The position numbers and the translations under genes are program-made. A DNA stretch of 21,798 nt from Candidatus Dadabacteria bacterium (GTDB lineage Bacteria > Desulfobacterota_D > UBA1144 > Nemesobacterales > CSP1-2): the NCBI GenBank assembly GCA_040289575.1, contig PSLL01000008.1:42480-64277 (forward strand), in the 5' to 3' direction. Within the stretch, counting starts at the first letter, position 1. Every line of letters begins with the position of its first letter. The notes beneath the pieces were generated by a model. That model did not search any database. It saw nothing but the letters and a program-made list of their open reading frames with translations, and was not told the origin of the DNA. This document shows positions 1 to 8,555 of this stretch, in pieces.

Positions 1-888
1 TGACTGTATGCTATCTACGTGGCCATAGAACTTGTGTCCCGGATACGCATCCACCTCAATTATAGCCCTTTGACCCGGCCTCATATGTGTGATTTGTGTT
101 TCTTTAAAATTAGCCACCACCCATGGGTTTCTCTCTACAAGCGCCATAATTGGTTGTGTGGGCTGAATAGACTGCCCTACCTCAACCCTTTTGTTTGTAA
201 CCAGTCCAGAAACAGGTGCGGTAATCACTGTGTAACTCAGCTGAAGCTCGGCTTCGTGGAGATTTGCCTCAGCCTGACTAACACCGGCAATATTTGAGAT
301 GAGCTTGGTGCGTGCAAGCTCTACCGCACTCTGCGTCCTTTCGAGCCGCTTTCTATCGGCTTCAACCTTTGCCCTTGCCGCAACGGTGTTTGCATAGACC
401 GCATCGTATTGCTGTTTTGAAACCTCTTCCTTTTCCAGTAGGGTGCTGTATCGTATGAGATCAGAAGAGATTTTATTTAAGTCCGCTTCGTCGGCTTTAA
501 GGGCGGCGAGGGCAACACCCACCGCTTTCTGGTTCATTAATATGTCGGACTCCTGCTGCCTTACCTTAGCCCGTGCCATCTCGAGTGCCGATTTGGCCTG
601 CTCCACCTTTGTTTGATAATCGCTCGGGTCCAATACAACTAAAGTATCCCCCGCATTTACCCATTGATTATCCCTGACCAGGACTTTGATTACCGTTCCT
701 GTAACCCTTGAGCTTATAGGCGATATATGCGCCTGAATAAAGGCATCGTCTGTCGAAACGCGACCCGACGCATACCGCCAGTAGATGAGTCCCCCTATCA
801 GGAGGATAATTACCATCGGTGTTGACCAAATCAGAATTCGTTGCTTTCCTCTAAAACCTACTTTTGATTTGTCCTTTGTTTCGCTCAT
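1..888 (-). CDS. HlyD/EmrA-family periplasmic adaptor (membrane fusion protein), 3' end truncated by window edge
   Basis: Not in the ORF track; translated by hand: MSETKDKSKVGFRGKQRILIWSTPMVIILLIGGLIYWRYASGRVSTDDAFIQAHISPISSRVTGTVIKVLVRDNQWVNAGDTLVVLDP...LSYTVITAPVSGLVTNKRVEVGQ...WVVANFKETQITHMRPGQRAIIEVDAYPGHKFYGHVDSIQS. N-terminal TM helix plus the EmrA-type STDDA and ANFKETQ motifs. ATG at 888 has AAGGGG upstream; alternative in-frame ATGs at 909 and 915. Confidence 0.93.
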   Translation of the reverse strand, partial: MSETKDKSKVGFRGKQRILIWSTPMVIILLIGGLIYWRYASGRVSTDDAFIQAHISPISSRVTGTVIKVLVRDNQWVNAGDTLVVLDPSDYQTKVEQAKSALEMARAKVRQQESDILMNQKAVGVALAALKADEADLNKISSDLIRYSTLLEKEEVSKQQYDAVYANTVAARAKVEADRKRLERTQSAVELARTKLISNIAGVSQAEANLHEAELQLSYTVITAPVSGLVTNKRVEVGQSIQPTQPIMALVERNPWVVANFKETQITHMRPGQRAIIEVDAYPGHKFYGHVDSIQS

Positions 889-928
889 TGTTTTCCCCTT
901 ATTGCCCATATCCATCTTGCTTCGTATC

Positions 929-2344
929 CTATTTAAGGCTATAGACCAGGGTAATATCACCGATTGCCCTTGTCAGGGAAACCCGTGCCAGATTATAGTT
1001 ATAAAGGGCGCGTATCAGGTTCTCTTCGGCGCGAGCAAGGTTGTCTTGTGCATTTACAACCTCTACATTATTTGTAAGCTCCTGATTGAATCGGTCTTGG
1101 GAGAGCTTTAGGGATTTTTGGGCGAGATCCACCCCATCTCTTGCCACTCCTACCTGTTTTGCGGCAGAATTCAAGTTAAGCAGTGCCGAGCCTACATCAA
1201 ATTCTATTTGATTGTTTAGATCGGCTATTTGGGATTGAATCTGATCTAACTGTGCCTTAGTCCTCTGGATATCAGAAATTGTTCTACCTCCGTTAAAAAT
1301 CGGAATCTTAAGAACACCGGCTATAGTCCAAGTTGGAATAACTGCTTCCTCTGGGGTTAGCCCATTTGCCCCGTAGTCTGCATGAAACTCTAATTTTGGG
1401 AAAAATTCGGCCCTTGCACTTTTAACCCGAAATGAGAGTTCATTCTCACGCGCCTTGAGTGCCAAGAGATCGGGACGGGTCTTAAACGCCATGTCCATAG
1501 CCTCTTCTTTGGATTTCTGTATCACCTCTTCGAACCGGAGTCCCTCATTCAGAGTTAAAGGGGTTGAGGGTGAAATACCCATTGTTCTTGCCAGAAACAT
1601 ACGTGTCACTTCAAGATTATTCTTTGCTTCAAGGAGGTTCTGTTCGGCATTGCGTAGCTGTACTTGTGCGCGCGTTACATCTAATTCCGTAGCAATCCCC
1701 ACCTTGAGGAGATCCTTTGCAAGATTGTATAGGGTTTGTGCCGTCTTTAGATCTGTCTGTGTTCTCTTTACCTCAGCGTCGGAACGAAGAACACCAATAT
1801 ACGCTGATACGGTGTTTGTCTCTACAATCTGCCGGATATTATCATATGAGTGTCGAGAGGCGGAGACCTGTTGCTTGCTTGCACGGATGTTGTATATTGC
1901 CTCAAGGTCCAGTATTGTTTGGTCTACTGAGACCCTCAAATCAAACACATTAAACGGCCCCACCTTCTTAATAGAAGACAGGTCAGGAAAACCTGATGAC
2001 GAAGTAGAAGAACTCCCCGATAAGACGGATGTAATTCCAGTTGACTGCAGATTTATTACCTGACGGCTCTGGCTCACATCTGCACTTATATTGGGTAAGT
2101 AGCCCGATAGAGAATTTAAATACTCACTTTCCGATTGTCTTACAACGGCTTGTGCCCCTGAAAGAAGTGGGCTCTTTTGAAGAGCGATCAAAACAGCACT
2201 GCGTAAATCTAGGCTCAAGGGTTCGGTTTGTGATTCTGGGGTCTGAGCTGCCGCCGCATGTGCAATAATCCAGACTATCATACCCAAAATGACATAGCCG
2301 ATCTTGGAATCGAATGTTTTATCAAATTCTGTACCTCTAACCAA
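929..2344 (-). CDS. TolC-family outer membrane efflux protein
   Basis: 471 aa with a signal peptide (AHAAAA-Q) and two OEP repeats (YLPNISADVS; EFFPKLEFHADYG; LKIPIFNGG). TTG start preceded by AAGGAG; lies between tetR and the emrA-like gene. Confidence 0.93.
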   Translation of the reverse strand: MVRGTEFDKTFDSKIGYVILGMIVWIIAHAAAAQTPESQTEPLSLDLRSAVLIALQKSPLLSGAQAVVRQSESEYLNSLSGYLPNISADVSQSRQVINLQSTGITSVLSGSSSTSSSGFPDLSSIKKVGPFNVFDLRVSVDQTILDLEAIYNIRASKQQVSASRHSYDNIRQIVETNTVSAYIGVLRSDAEVKRTQTDLKTAQTLYNLAKDLLKVGIATELDVTRAQVQLRNAEQNLLEAKNNLEVTRMFLARTMGISPSTPLTLNEGLRFEEVIQKSKEEAMDMAFKTRPDLLALKARENELSFRVKSARAEFFPKLEFHADYGANGLTPEEAVIPTWTIAGVLKIPIFNGGRTISDIQRTKAQLDQIQSQIADLNNQIEFDVGSALLNLNSAAKQVGVARDGVDLAQKSLKLSQDRFNQELTNNVEVVNAQDNLARAEENLIRALYNYNLARVSLTRAIGDITLVYSLK

Positions 2345-2395
2345 GGTTTCTTCTCCTTGTATTTTGATGAATCTCTATTGTGTGGCAGATGCAGC

Positions 2396-3040
2396 TTATG
2401 GTGTTTCTCCGATTTGCATAGGAAACGGTGCCTGCAGTCCTGCGGCACAGAAATTAATAAGGCTCTCGGTTACCTCCTCACCGATGGTCTGGGGCCAAGG
2501 ACCGCTGGAGAACCTTTCAAGGTCTGAATAATTAGTCCACGTATGGATCATGGCACCGAGAATGAAGAGCATACGCAAAAGGAGTTCCCTCTCAGGCAGA
2601 TTGGGCAGGGCACGCATCAGGGAGTCTTTAAACCGGAGAAATATCTGCTCAAACTGTGGCACGAAGAACGGGTAAAGCTCTTTATTCGGATCGGAGATTA
2701 TACGGCCTGCGATATACATGAAGCGGGGATTCCTTAAATAAAGCTCAATAGTCGGGGCTATCCATGCATGGAGAATCTGTTCTAGCGAAATCGGTCCATT
2801 ATCTGCGCCGGCTTCATATGATTCGAGGAGGCGGAGGCGCTCTTGATTCAAGGGCTTAAGTCGGCGGGTAATAACCGCGTGAATAAGCCCCTCTTTAGAA
2901 CCGAAATGGTAATTTACCGCGGCACAATTGACCCCAACCGCACTGGTAATATCACGCAATGAGGTCTCCTTAATCCCCTTCTCTGCGAAGAGTCGCTCTG
3001 CTACATCCAGAATACGCTCTTTTGTGCTTATCTCGTTCAT
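2396..3040 (-). CDS. TetR/AcrR-family transcriptional regulator, PsrA-like
   Basis: N-terminal HTH TKERILDVAERLFAEKG..ETSLRDIT..GVNCAAVNYHFGSKEGLI. C-terminal LPERELLLRMLFILGAM...FCAAGLQA resembles, from memory, Pseudomonas PsrA. Confidence 0.92.
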   Translation of the reverse strand: MNEISTKERILDVAERLFAEKGIKETSLRDITSAVGVNCAAVNYHFGSKEGLIHAVITRRLKPLNQERLRLLESYEAGADNGPISLEQILHAWIAPTIELYLRNPRFMYIAGRIISDPNKELYPFFVPQFEQIFLRFKDSLMRALPNLPERELLLRMLFILGAMIHTWTNYSDLERFSSGPWPQTIGEEVTESLINFCAAGLQAPFPMQIGETP

Positions 3041-3067
3041 TTTTCATCTCTCCGAACTAGTATTATA

Positions 3068-3094
3068 CAAATAAATGTTTCAAACAAGTGTTTG
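3068..3094. promoter_or_regulatory. Tandem PsrA-type operator (autoregulatory site of the tetR-tolC-emrA operon)
   Basis: CAAAC-AAGT-GTTTG (3081-3094) fits the PsrA consensus (C/G)AAAC-N4-GTTT(G/C). An imperfect copy, CAAAT-AAAT-GTTTC (3068-3081), shares base 3081. It lies between the predicted promoter and the tetR start. Confidence 0.75.
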
Positions 3095-3102
3095 TTTTAT
3101 AT

Positions 3103-3131
3103 ATAGTAAAGGATATTATAACCATTGTCAA
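3103..3131 (-). promoter_or_regulatory. sigma70-type promoter of tetR operon
   Basis: Minus strand TTGACA (3131-3126), 17 bp spacer, TACTAT (3108-3103). Predicted TSS about 3096, abutting the operator. Confidence 0.75.
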
Positions 3132-3268
3132 GAGGGAATTTTATCGCCCTCATTTCCGCTTATTCTTCTTCATGGAGAAAGGCTTGAGGTTTATGTATAA
3201 GATGGGTTGAAAAATATAGGTAGTATAATCGAGATGTCATATTAATATAAAGTAGAGGGGGCATAGTT

Positions 3269-4052
3269 ATGATCCTGAATCACAACGGTATCAAGTTACG
3301 CGTCCAGGTCTTCGGTCAGCGCAACAGTCGACCGCCCCTGGTGTTTTTAAATCGCTTCCACCTCTCATATGAACTTGGACTCTCAAGATTCCCCACTTTG
3401 CGAAAAACTTCTTCGTAGTTTGCAATGATCAACGGGAGACAGGTGATTCCGATAAGCCAACCGATGAAGCCGACTACTCTTTCGACAACTTCACTGCCGA
3501 TTTGCGCTTTATTGTGGAGGAGTTAAAGCTGGACAACGTTATCCTTATGGGTTTTGCCGTCGCATGCAAGACAGCCGTCAAATACACAGTCAAATATCCC
3601 GATGGCGTAACAAGCTCGTTCTGACAAGTGGCAACCCAACCTTAACCCATAGTGTCAACCAGGCAGATCTGCTCGCTTTCATACAGAACAACTATGAAGA
3701 GGCGATGCGTTCGTTTATGCGGCGTGCTCTATCTGAGCCTAACACGGACTGGCAACACGACCTGCTGTTGACACTTTGCACTTAAGTCTAACCCCTTCGT
3801 GGCTGTCTCTATCTTAAAGAACTACTACGAGGATGACATAGAGCCGTTACTGCCCAAGATTAATGTGCCTACGCTCTCTTGCACGGTGACAAAGACGACA
3901 TATATCCTATTGAGCGTGCCTACCGTTTTCATGAGCTAATTCCGGGATCGGTAATCCATGTGCACAAAGGTGGGGGTCATGTACCGAATCTCACTGACAT
4001 TGAAGCCTACAACACTATAGTGGAGGGGTTCTTGCTTCAGGAAAATAAGTGA
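3269..4052 (+). pseudogene. Alpha/beta-hydrolase fold pseudogene (about 261 codons, 4 frameshifts)
   Basis: GAGGGG RBS plus ATG at 3269. Stitched frames give MILNHNGIKLRVQVFG..PPLVFLNRFHLSYE / WTLKIPHFAKNFFVVCNDQRETGDSDKP..YSFDNFTADLRFIVEELKLDNVILMGFAVACKTAVKYTVKYPDGV / KLVLTSG.. / ..LLPKINVPTL / LHGDKDDIYP..IPGS..GGGHVPNL..YNTIVEGFL. Single-base shifts near 3376, 3612, 3776 and 3877; stop at 4050-4052. The ORF-track 3564..3785 is one fragment. Confidence 0.88.
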
Positions 4053-4099
4053 TGTCATTCACAATGCCGGGTTCTCAGATTCAGTATATGCATATGAAT

Positions 4100-4128
4100 T
4101 TGACAACCCATTTTATTCTATGTATTTT
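4100..4128 (+). promoter_or_regulatory. Putative sigma70 promoter of carA
   Basis: TTGACA (4100-4105), 17 bp spacer, TATTTT (4123-4128); 13 nt upstream of the ATG at 4142. Confidence 0.55.
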
Positions 4129-4141
4129 CAAACCCCTAAGG

Positions 4142-5260
4142 ATGAAAGCCATTCTTGTTTTAGAGGACGGCACCACATTTGAGGGAAATGGATTTGGAGC
4201 CGATGGCGAGACATACGGCGAGGTGGTATTTAACACCTCAATCACCGGGTATCAGGAGATTCTTACCGACCCCTCATATAACGGTCAGATTGTCGTTATG
4301 ACATATCCGGAGATAGGAAACTATGGGGTTAACCCCGAGGACACGGAGTCTAGAAGACCCTTTGTTAGGGGCTTTGTAGTAAGGGAATATTGGTCAAATC
4401 CCAGCAATTGGCGGTCTCATGAAAGCCTCGGGTCCTACCTATCGAGATACGGAATAGTGGGTATTGAGGGGATAGACACAAGGGAGATTACAAAGAGAAT
4501 TCGCACAAAAGGGGCACAGCGCGGCATTATCTCTACCGCCGATTTGGACCCGGAGAGTTTATTAAAGAAGGTGCGCCTATCTCCCTCCGTACTTGGGGCA
4601 GACCTTGTAACCGAGGTAAGTTGCACCGAGGTCTACAGTTGGCAGAGTGGAAGCGAGGTTTGCAGACCAATTTACGACAAAAAGCAATATGAAAAACGGC
4701 TTAAAGTCGTCGCATATGACTTCGGTATAAAGCGCAATATACTGAGGAGACTTGTAGATATAGGATGTGAGGTGCTTGTCGTTCCATCTCGAACCGCCCC
4801 GCACGAGGTAATTTCCATGAATCCCGATGGAATAGTTCTATCAAATGGTCCTGGCGACCCAGCCGGTATTCCGTATGCGGTCGAGAGTGTAAGGGCGCTT
4901 ATTGGGAAAAAGCCGATTTTTGGAATCTGTCTTGGCCATCAGATTATAGGCCTCGCCCTAGGCGGAAAGACATATAAATTAAAGTTCGGACACAGGGGCG
5001 CCAATCAGCCCGTAAAAAATCTCATTACAGGTAGGGTTGAAATCACCTCACAGAACCATGGTTTTGCGGTCGATGCGGATTCTTTGGGTAATAATATCGA
5101 AATCACGCACATAAACCTCAACGACAATACAGTTGAGGGACTAAGACACAAGGAGTATCCACTCTTTTCAGTTCAGTACCATCCTGAAGCCTCACCGGGT
5201 CCCCACGACTCAGGTTACCTTTTTGAGGAATTCTTAAAACTAATGGAGGAATTTAATTAG
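4142..5260 (+). CDS. carA: Carbamoyl-phosphate synthase small subunit
   Basis: [34 protein letters not shown]; glutaminase motifs [24 protein letters not shown] and [12 protein letters not shown]. Start moved from 4049 to 4142 to match the family N-terminus. Confidence 0.97.
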   Translation: MKAILVLEDGTTFEGNGFGADGETYGEVVFNTSITGYQEILTDPSYNGQIVVMTYPEIGNYGVNPEDTESRRPFVRGFVVREYWSNPSNWRSHESLGSYLSRYGIVGIEGIDTREITKRIRTKGAQRGIISTADLDPESLLKKVRLSPSVLGADLVTEVSCTEVYSWQSGSEVCRPIYDKKQYEKRLKVVAYDFGIKRNILRRLVDIGCEVLVVPSRTAPHEVISMNPDGIVLSNGPGDPAGIPYAVESVRALIGKKPIFGICLGHQIIGLALGGKTYKLKFGHRGANQPVKNLITGRVEITSQNHGFAVDADSLGNNIEITHINLNDNTVEGLRHKEYPLFSVQYHPEASPGPHDSGYLFEEFLKLMEEFN

Positions 5261-5276
5261 TAAAAGGCGTCAGTTA

Positions 5277-6290
5277 CTAAAAGGCCTTAGCGCTCAATTT
5301 ATCCTTAAAATACCTGATTGTCATAGACAACCCTTCCTTAATATCAACCTTGGGCTCCCAGCCGAGTAGGGTTCTGGCTTTATTGATATTGGGTCTTCGA
5401 ACGCGAGGATCATCTTCGGGCAGTGGTTTGAACTCAATTGTGCTTTTACTTTCAGTTAAATTAAGGACCATTTTTGCAATTTCTAGAACCGACAGTTCTT
5501 GGGGATTTCCAAGATTTATAGGAGAGTATATTGATTCTTCTATCGTCTCCGGTTCCCCATAAGTATTGTTTGACTCGGCAAATAGGAGCTTAGTGATTCC
5601 ATCAACCATATCAGAAATATAGCAGAAGCTTCTGGTCTGACTTCCGTCTCCATATACGGTCAAAGGCCGCCCTGTCAGCGCCTGGACTATAAAATTTGAG
5701 ACCACCCTTCCATCGGTTGGTCTCATAGAGGGTCCGTATGTGTTAAATATCCTCGCAATCCTTGTATCCAATCCATGATACCTATGATATGCCATAGTCA
5801 TAGCCTCTGCAAAGCGTTTAGCCTCATCGTATACACCCCTTGGCCCTACGGGATTTACATTTCCCCAATAGTCCTCAGATTGGGGGCTTAGAAGCGGGTC
5901 TCCATATACCTCTGAGGTGCTTGCAAGGAGGTATCTTGCCCCTTTGGCTTTGGCAAGCCCCAGGGTTTTATGTGTGCCTAGGGCACCTACCTTTAGTGTC
6001 TGTATGGGAAACTCAAGGTAATCCGCGGGACTCGCAGGCGACGCAAAGTGCATTATGGCATCTACCTGTCCCTCAATATGGATAAAGTTTGTCACGTCGT
6101 GGTCTATAAATCTAAATCTTTTATTTCCCATTAAATTGACCACGTTATCTGGATTCCCGGTTATAAGATTATCAATACATATTACCTCATGGCCCATCTG
6201 AATTAGATTATTGCAAAGGTGGCTTCCAAGAAATCCCGCTCCACCTGTGATTACAATTCTGTAAGGTTTCTTAGAGCTTCCTTGATTCAT
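5277..6290 (-). CDS. UDP-glucuronic acid decarboxylase (UXS-like) extended SDR
   Basis: [53 protein letters not shown] (YxxxK), RIFNTYGP and DGRVVSNFI. Probable start is the ATG at 6290, after GGGGGA; the ORF track gives 6311. Confidence 0.9.
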   Translation of the reverse strand: MNQGSSKKPYRIVITGGAGFLGSHLCNNLIQMGHEVICIDNLITGNPDNVVNLMGNKRFRFIDHDVTNFIHIEGQVDAIMHFASPASPADYLEFPIQTLKVGALGTHKTLGLAKAKGARYLLASTSEVYGDPLLSPQSEDYWGNVNPVGPRGVYDEAKRFAEAMTMAYHRYHGLDTRIARIFNTYGPSMRPTDGRVVSNFIVQALTGRPLTVYGDGSQTRSFCYISDMVDGITKLLFAESNNTYGEPETIEESIYSPINLGNPQELSVLEIAKMVLNLTESKSTIEFKPLPEDDPRVRRPNINKARTLLGWEPKVDIKEGLSMTIRYFKDKLSAKAF

Positions 6291-6623
6291 TTTTATTATT
6301 CCCCCGTGCAATTCCCATTAATTTACGTGGTGAGCATTAAATATATACTATCCGAATAGTTATTTAATTTCCATTCTGGTGACTGTTCAAACTCAGGATA
6401 CCCTCCTATTCCCCTATGTATTAATCACTTTAATATAGCTGCTGAGCAGATTGTTGCTTTCTTGATGTCATTGTGTATAAAATAACACTCAATGGTTTTT
6501 GTTTTGAGAAAACCAGAGTTTTGATTAGTCAGATGAATAGGGGCTTGTAAGCCAGGTTGGTATATATATGTAAGCATTCTCTATGCCCTGTTGCGGTGTT
6601 ATTACTGAATAGAGGGTGATAAT

Positions 6624-7706
6624 GTGAGCGAGAGAGAAAAGATATTAATAGTGGATGATGAAGAGCCCATAAGAAGACTGCTTATGGAGACATTAGAGGA
6701 TTTGGGCTATAGGTGCGAAAGCCTAGAGGACGGGCTTGAGTGCATAAAAAGGATTCACGAAGGCGGCAATTACGATGTTGTACTCCTCGATATCAGAATG
6801 CCAAAGTTAAATGGAATCGAGACTCTCAAATACATCAAAACCTATTCTTCCGATATCTCCGTAGTGATGATTTCCGCATCGAGAGAAATCAACGATGTGA
6901 GAATTGCCCTCAAAGAGGGGGCTTACGACTATCTATTTAAACCATTTGATATTAACGAGGTTGAAACCGTAATAAGGCGCGCGATTGAGAGATCGCAACT
7001 AATAAGACAGAATAGGGACTACCAGAGAAACCTTGAGAAAAAAGTGGTTGAGCAGACGCAAGAGTTGCTCAGCCTCTATTCCGATACACTTGAGGCTATG
7101 ATCTCGGCACTTGATTCAAGAGAGCATGAAACCGGCTACCATTCATATAGGGTAACGGAATATGCCCTTACCCTTGCAAAACAGGTGGGTTTAGTTGATT
7201 CGGACCTAGTTATTATAGCAAGGGGAGCGCTCCTACACGATATAGGGAAAATTGGTGTCCCTGACAGTATTCTCCTTAAGCCCGGTGAACTGACCGAAGA
7301 GGAATGGAAGATAATGAAAAAGCATCCGATCTTTGGATATGAGCTTCTAAGAAAGATTCATTTCCTTGAAGGAGCGGCAAATATAGTGCTTACCCATCAT
7401 GAACACTATGATGGAGGCGGATACCCATATGGACTTCGCGGTGAAGAGATTCCGATTGGGGCAAGGATATTCTCTATTGTAGATGCGATGGATGCCCTCA
7501 CAAACGACAGAATATATCGCAAGGGGGTTTCATTTGATGAGGCCAGGCAAAGAATAATCAGTGCCTCCGGCTCTCAGTTTGACCCAGAGATAGTTAGGGT
7601 TTTTCTCACGATTCCCAGGGAAAAGTGGATGGAGTTGCGGAAATCAATTGAAACCTCAGGCTTTATGTATCTTAAAAAACTGATCTCTCGCCTGAGCGCA
7701 GCGTAA
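6624..7706 (+). CDS. Response regulator with REC + HD-GYP domain (RpfG-like cyclic dinucleotide phosphodiesterase)
   Basis: REC domain ILIVDDE..LLDIRMP..KPF; HD-GYP motifs HSYRV, LLHDIGK, HHEHYDGGGYPYGL and VDAMDALT..R.Y. GTG start after GAGGGTG. Confidence 0.93.
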   Translation: MSEREKILIVDDEEPIRRLLMETLEDLGYRCESLEDGLECIKRIHEGGNYDVVLLDIRMPKLNGIETLKYIKTYSSDISVVMISASREINDVRIALKEGAYDYLFKPFDINEVETVIRRAIERSQLIRQNRDYQRNLEKKVVEQTQELLSLYSDTLEAMISALDSREHETGYHSYRVTEYALTLAKQVGLVDSDLVIIARGALLHDIGKIGVPDSILLKPGELTEEEWKIMKKHPIFGYELLRKIHFLEGAANIVLTHHEHYDGGGYPYGLRGEEIPIGARIFSIVDAMDALTNDRIYRKGVSFDEARQRIISASGSQFDPEIVRVFLTIPREKWMELRKSIETSGFMYLKKLISRLSAA

Positions 7707-7787
7707 GTTATCTCCTTATATGGTTAGCCTATATACATATCAATGCCCCTCTTGATTTTTATCCTCGAAAATGGGAAATTACAGGAG

Positions 7788-8534
7788 ATGAATAGATTAG
7801 GTTTGATGACGCAGGTCGTAGAGAATGTCTGGAGAGACATTTTAAATCCGGGCATATATCCATATAGAGAGCTTAGACCCTCCCACAGGAACTACTGGAT
7901 ATCGGTTTTTGTTAATCTGTTTTTTAAGGGCTATCTCGGAGCCGAGTATATTGATGCTCACAATATTCCTGAGAGGGGAGCCGCAATCATTGCCGCGAAC
8001 CATTTCTCCCATCTCGATGGCCTGCTCATAAATGCCGTATCCATATATGAAAGGCGGAGACCGGTTGTTTTTCTTGCAGCCGCCGACGTTTATAACTCGA
8101 ATCGGGCATTTCGAATAATGTGCGATCTTGTAAACTGCATACCCGTAAAAAGGGATGAAAACGACAGAGCCGCTCTTCTAAAAACGATAAGGGTTCTCAG
8201 ACAGGGAAGCCTATTTGGAATATTTCCCGAAGGGCAGAGATCGAGAGACGGAACGATAGGAGAGGCAAAGGAGGGCGTGGCGGTAATAGCCCTTGCAACG
8301 GGCTGTCCTGTGGTCCCTGTAGGGATAAGCGGTACATTCGAGGCCCTTCGCAGAAAGACAAAGATTATAAGACCGGCGAAAGTCAGGCTTAAGTTCGGTG
8401 CCCCGATTGAATTTGAAAAGGAAAAGCACCCTTCATCTGAAAGGGTTTTCTATGTGAGGGATCGAATTATGAATGAGATTAAAAGGCTCCATATAGAAGC
8501 CCTGGGTAGAGAGAATCAAAAACTCGCGGCATAG
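7788..8534 (+). CDS. Lysophospholipid/1-acylglycerol-3-phosphate acyltransferase (PlsC family)
   Basis: ANHFSHLD (HX4D), IPVKR, IFPEGQRS and PVVPV motifs. Start uncertain (7743, 7788 or 7806). Confidence 0.88.
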   Translation: MNRLGLMTQVVENVWRDILNPGIYPYRELRPSHRNYWISVFVNLFFKGYLGAEYIDAHNIPERGAAIIAANHFSHLDGLLINAVSIYERRRPVVFLAAADVYNSNRAFRIMCDLVNCIPVKRDENDRAALLKTIRVLRQGSLFGIFPEGQRSRDGTIGEAKEGVAVIALATGCPVVPVGISGTFEALRRKTKIIRPAKVRLKFGAPIEFEKEKHPSSERVFYVRDRIMNEIKRLHIEALGRENQKLAA

Positions 8535-8555
8535 TCTTTTTCTGGAATTTATCTT

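Noticed and set aside
1455..2063. 202-aa plus-strand ORF and other short plus-strand ORFs over 19-2737
   Set aside because: Antisense shadows of emrA, tolC and tetR, with no recognisable motifs.
3564..3785. 73-aa ORF as an independent small protein
   Set aside because: Its C-terminal part is one frame of the frameshifted hydrolase pseudogene.
3269..4052. Programmed frameshifting or phase variation of the hydrolase
   Set aside because: Four separate indels, none in long homopolymers or slippery heptamers, plus missense decay at conserved sites.
4049..4141. N-terminal extension of CarA in the ORF track
   Set aside because: CarA homology begins at [10 protein letters not shown] (4142), and the extension contains the predicted promoter.
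6558..6575. sigma54 promoter (TGGTAT...) upstream of the HD-GYP gene
   Set aside because: No GC at the required -12 position relative to the GG.
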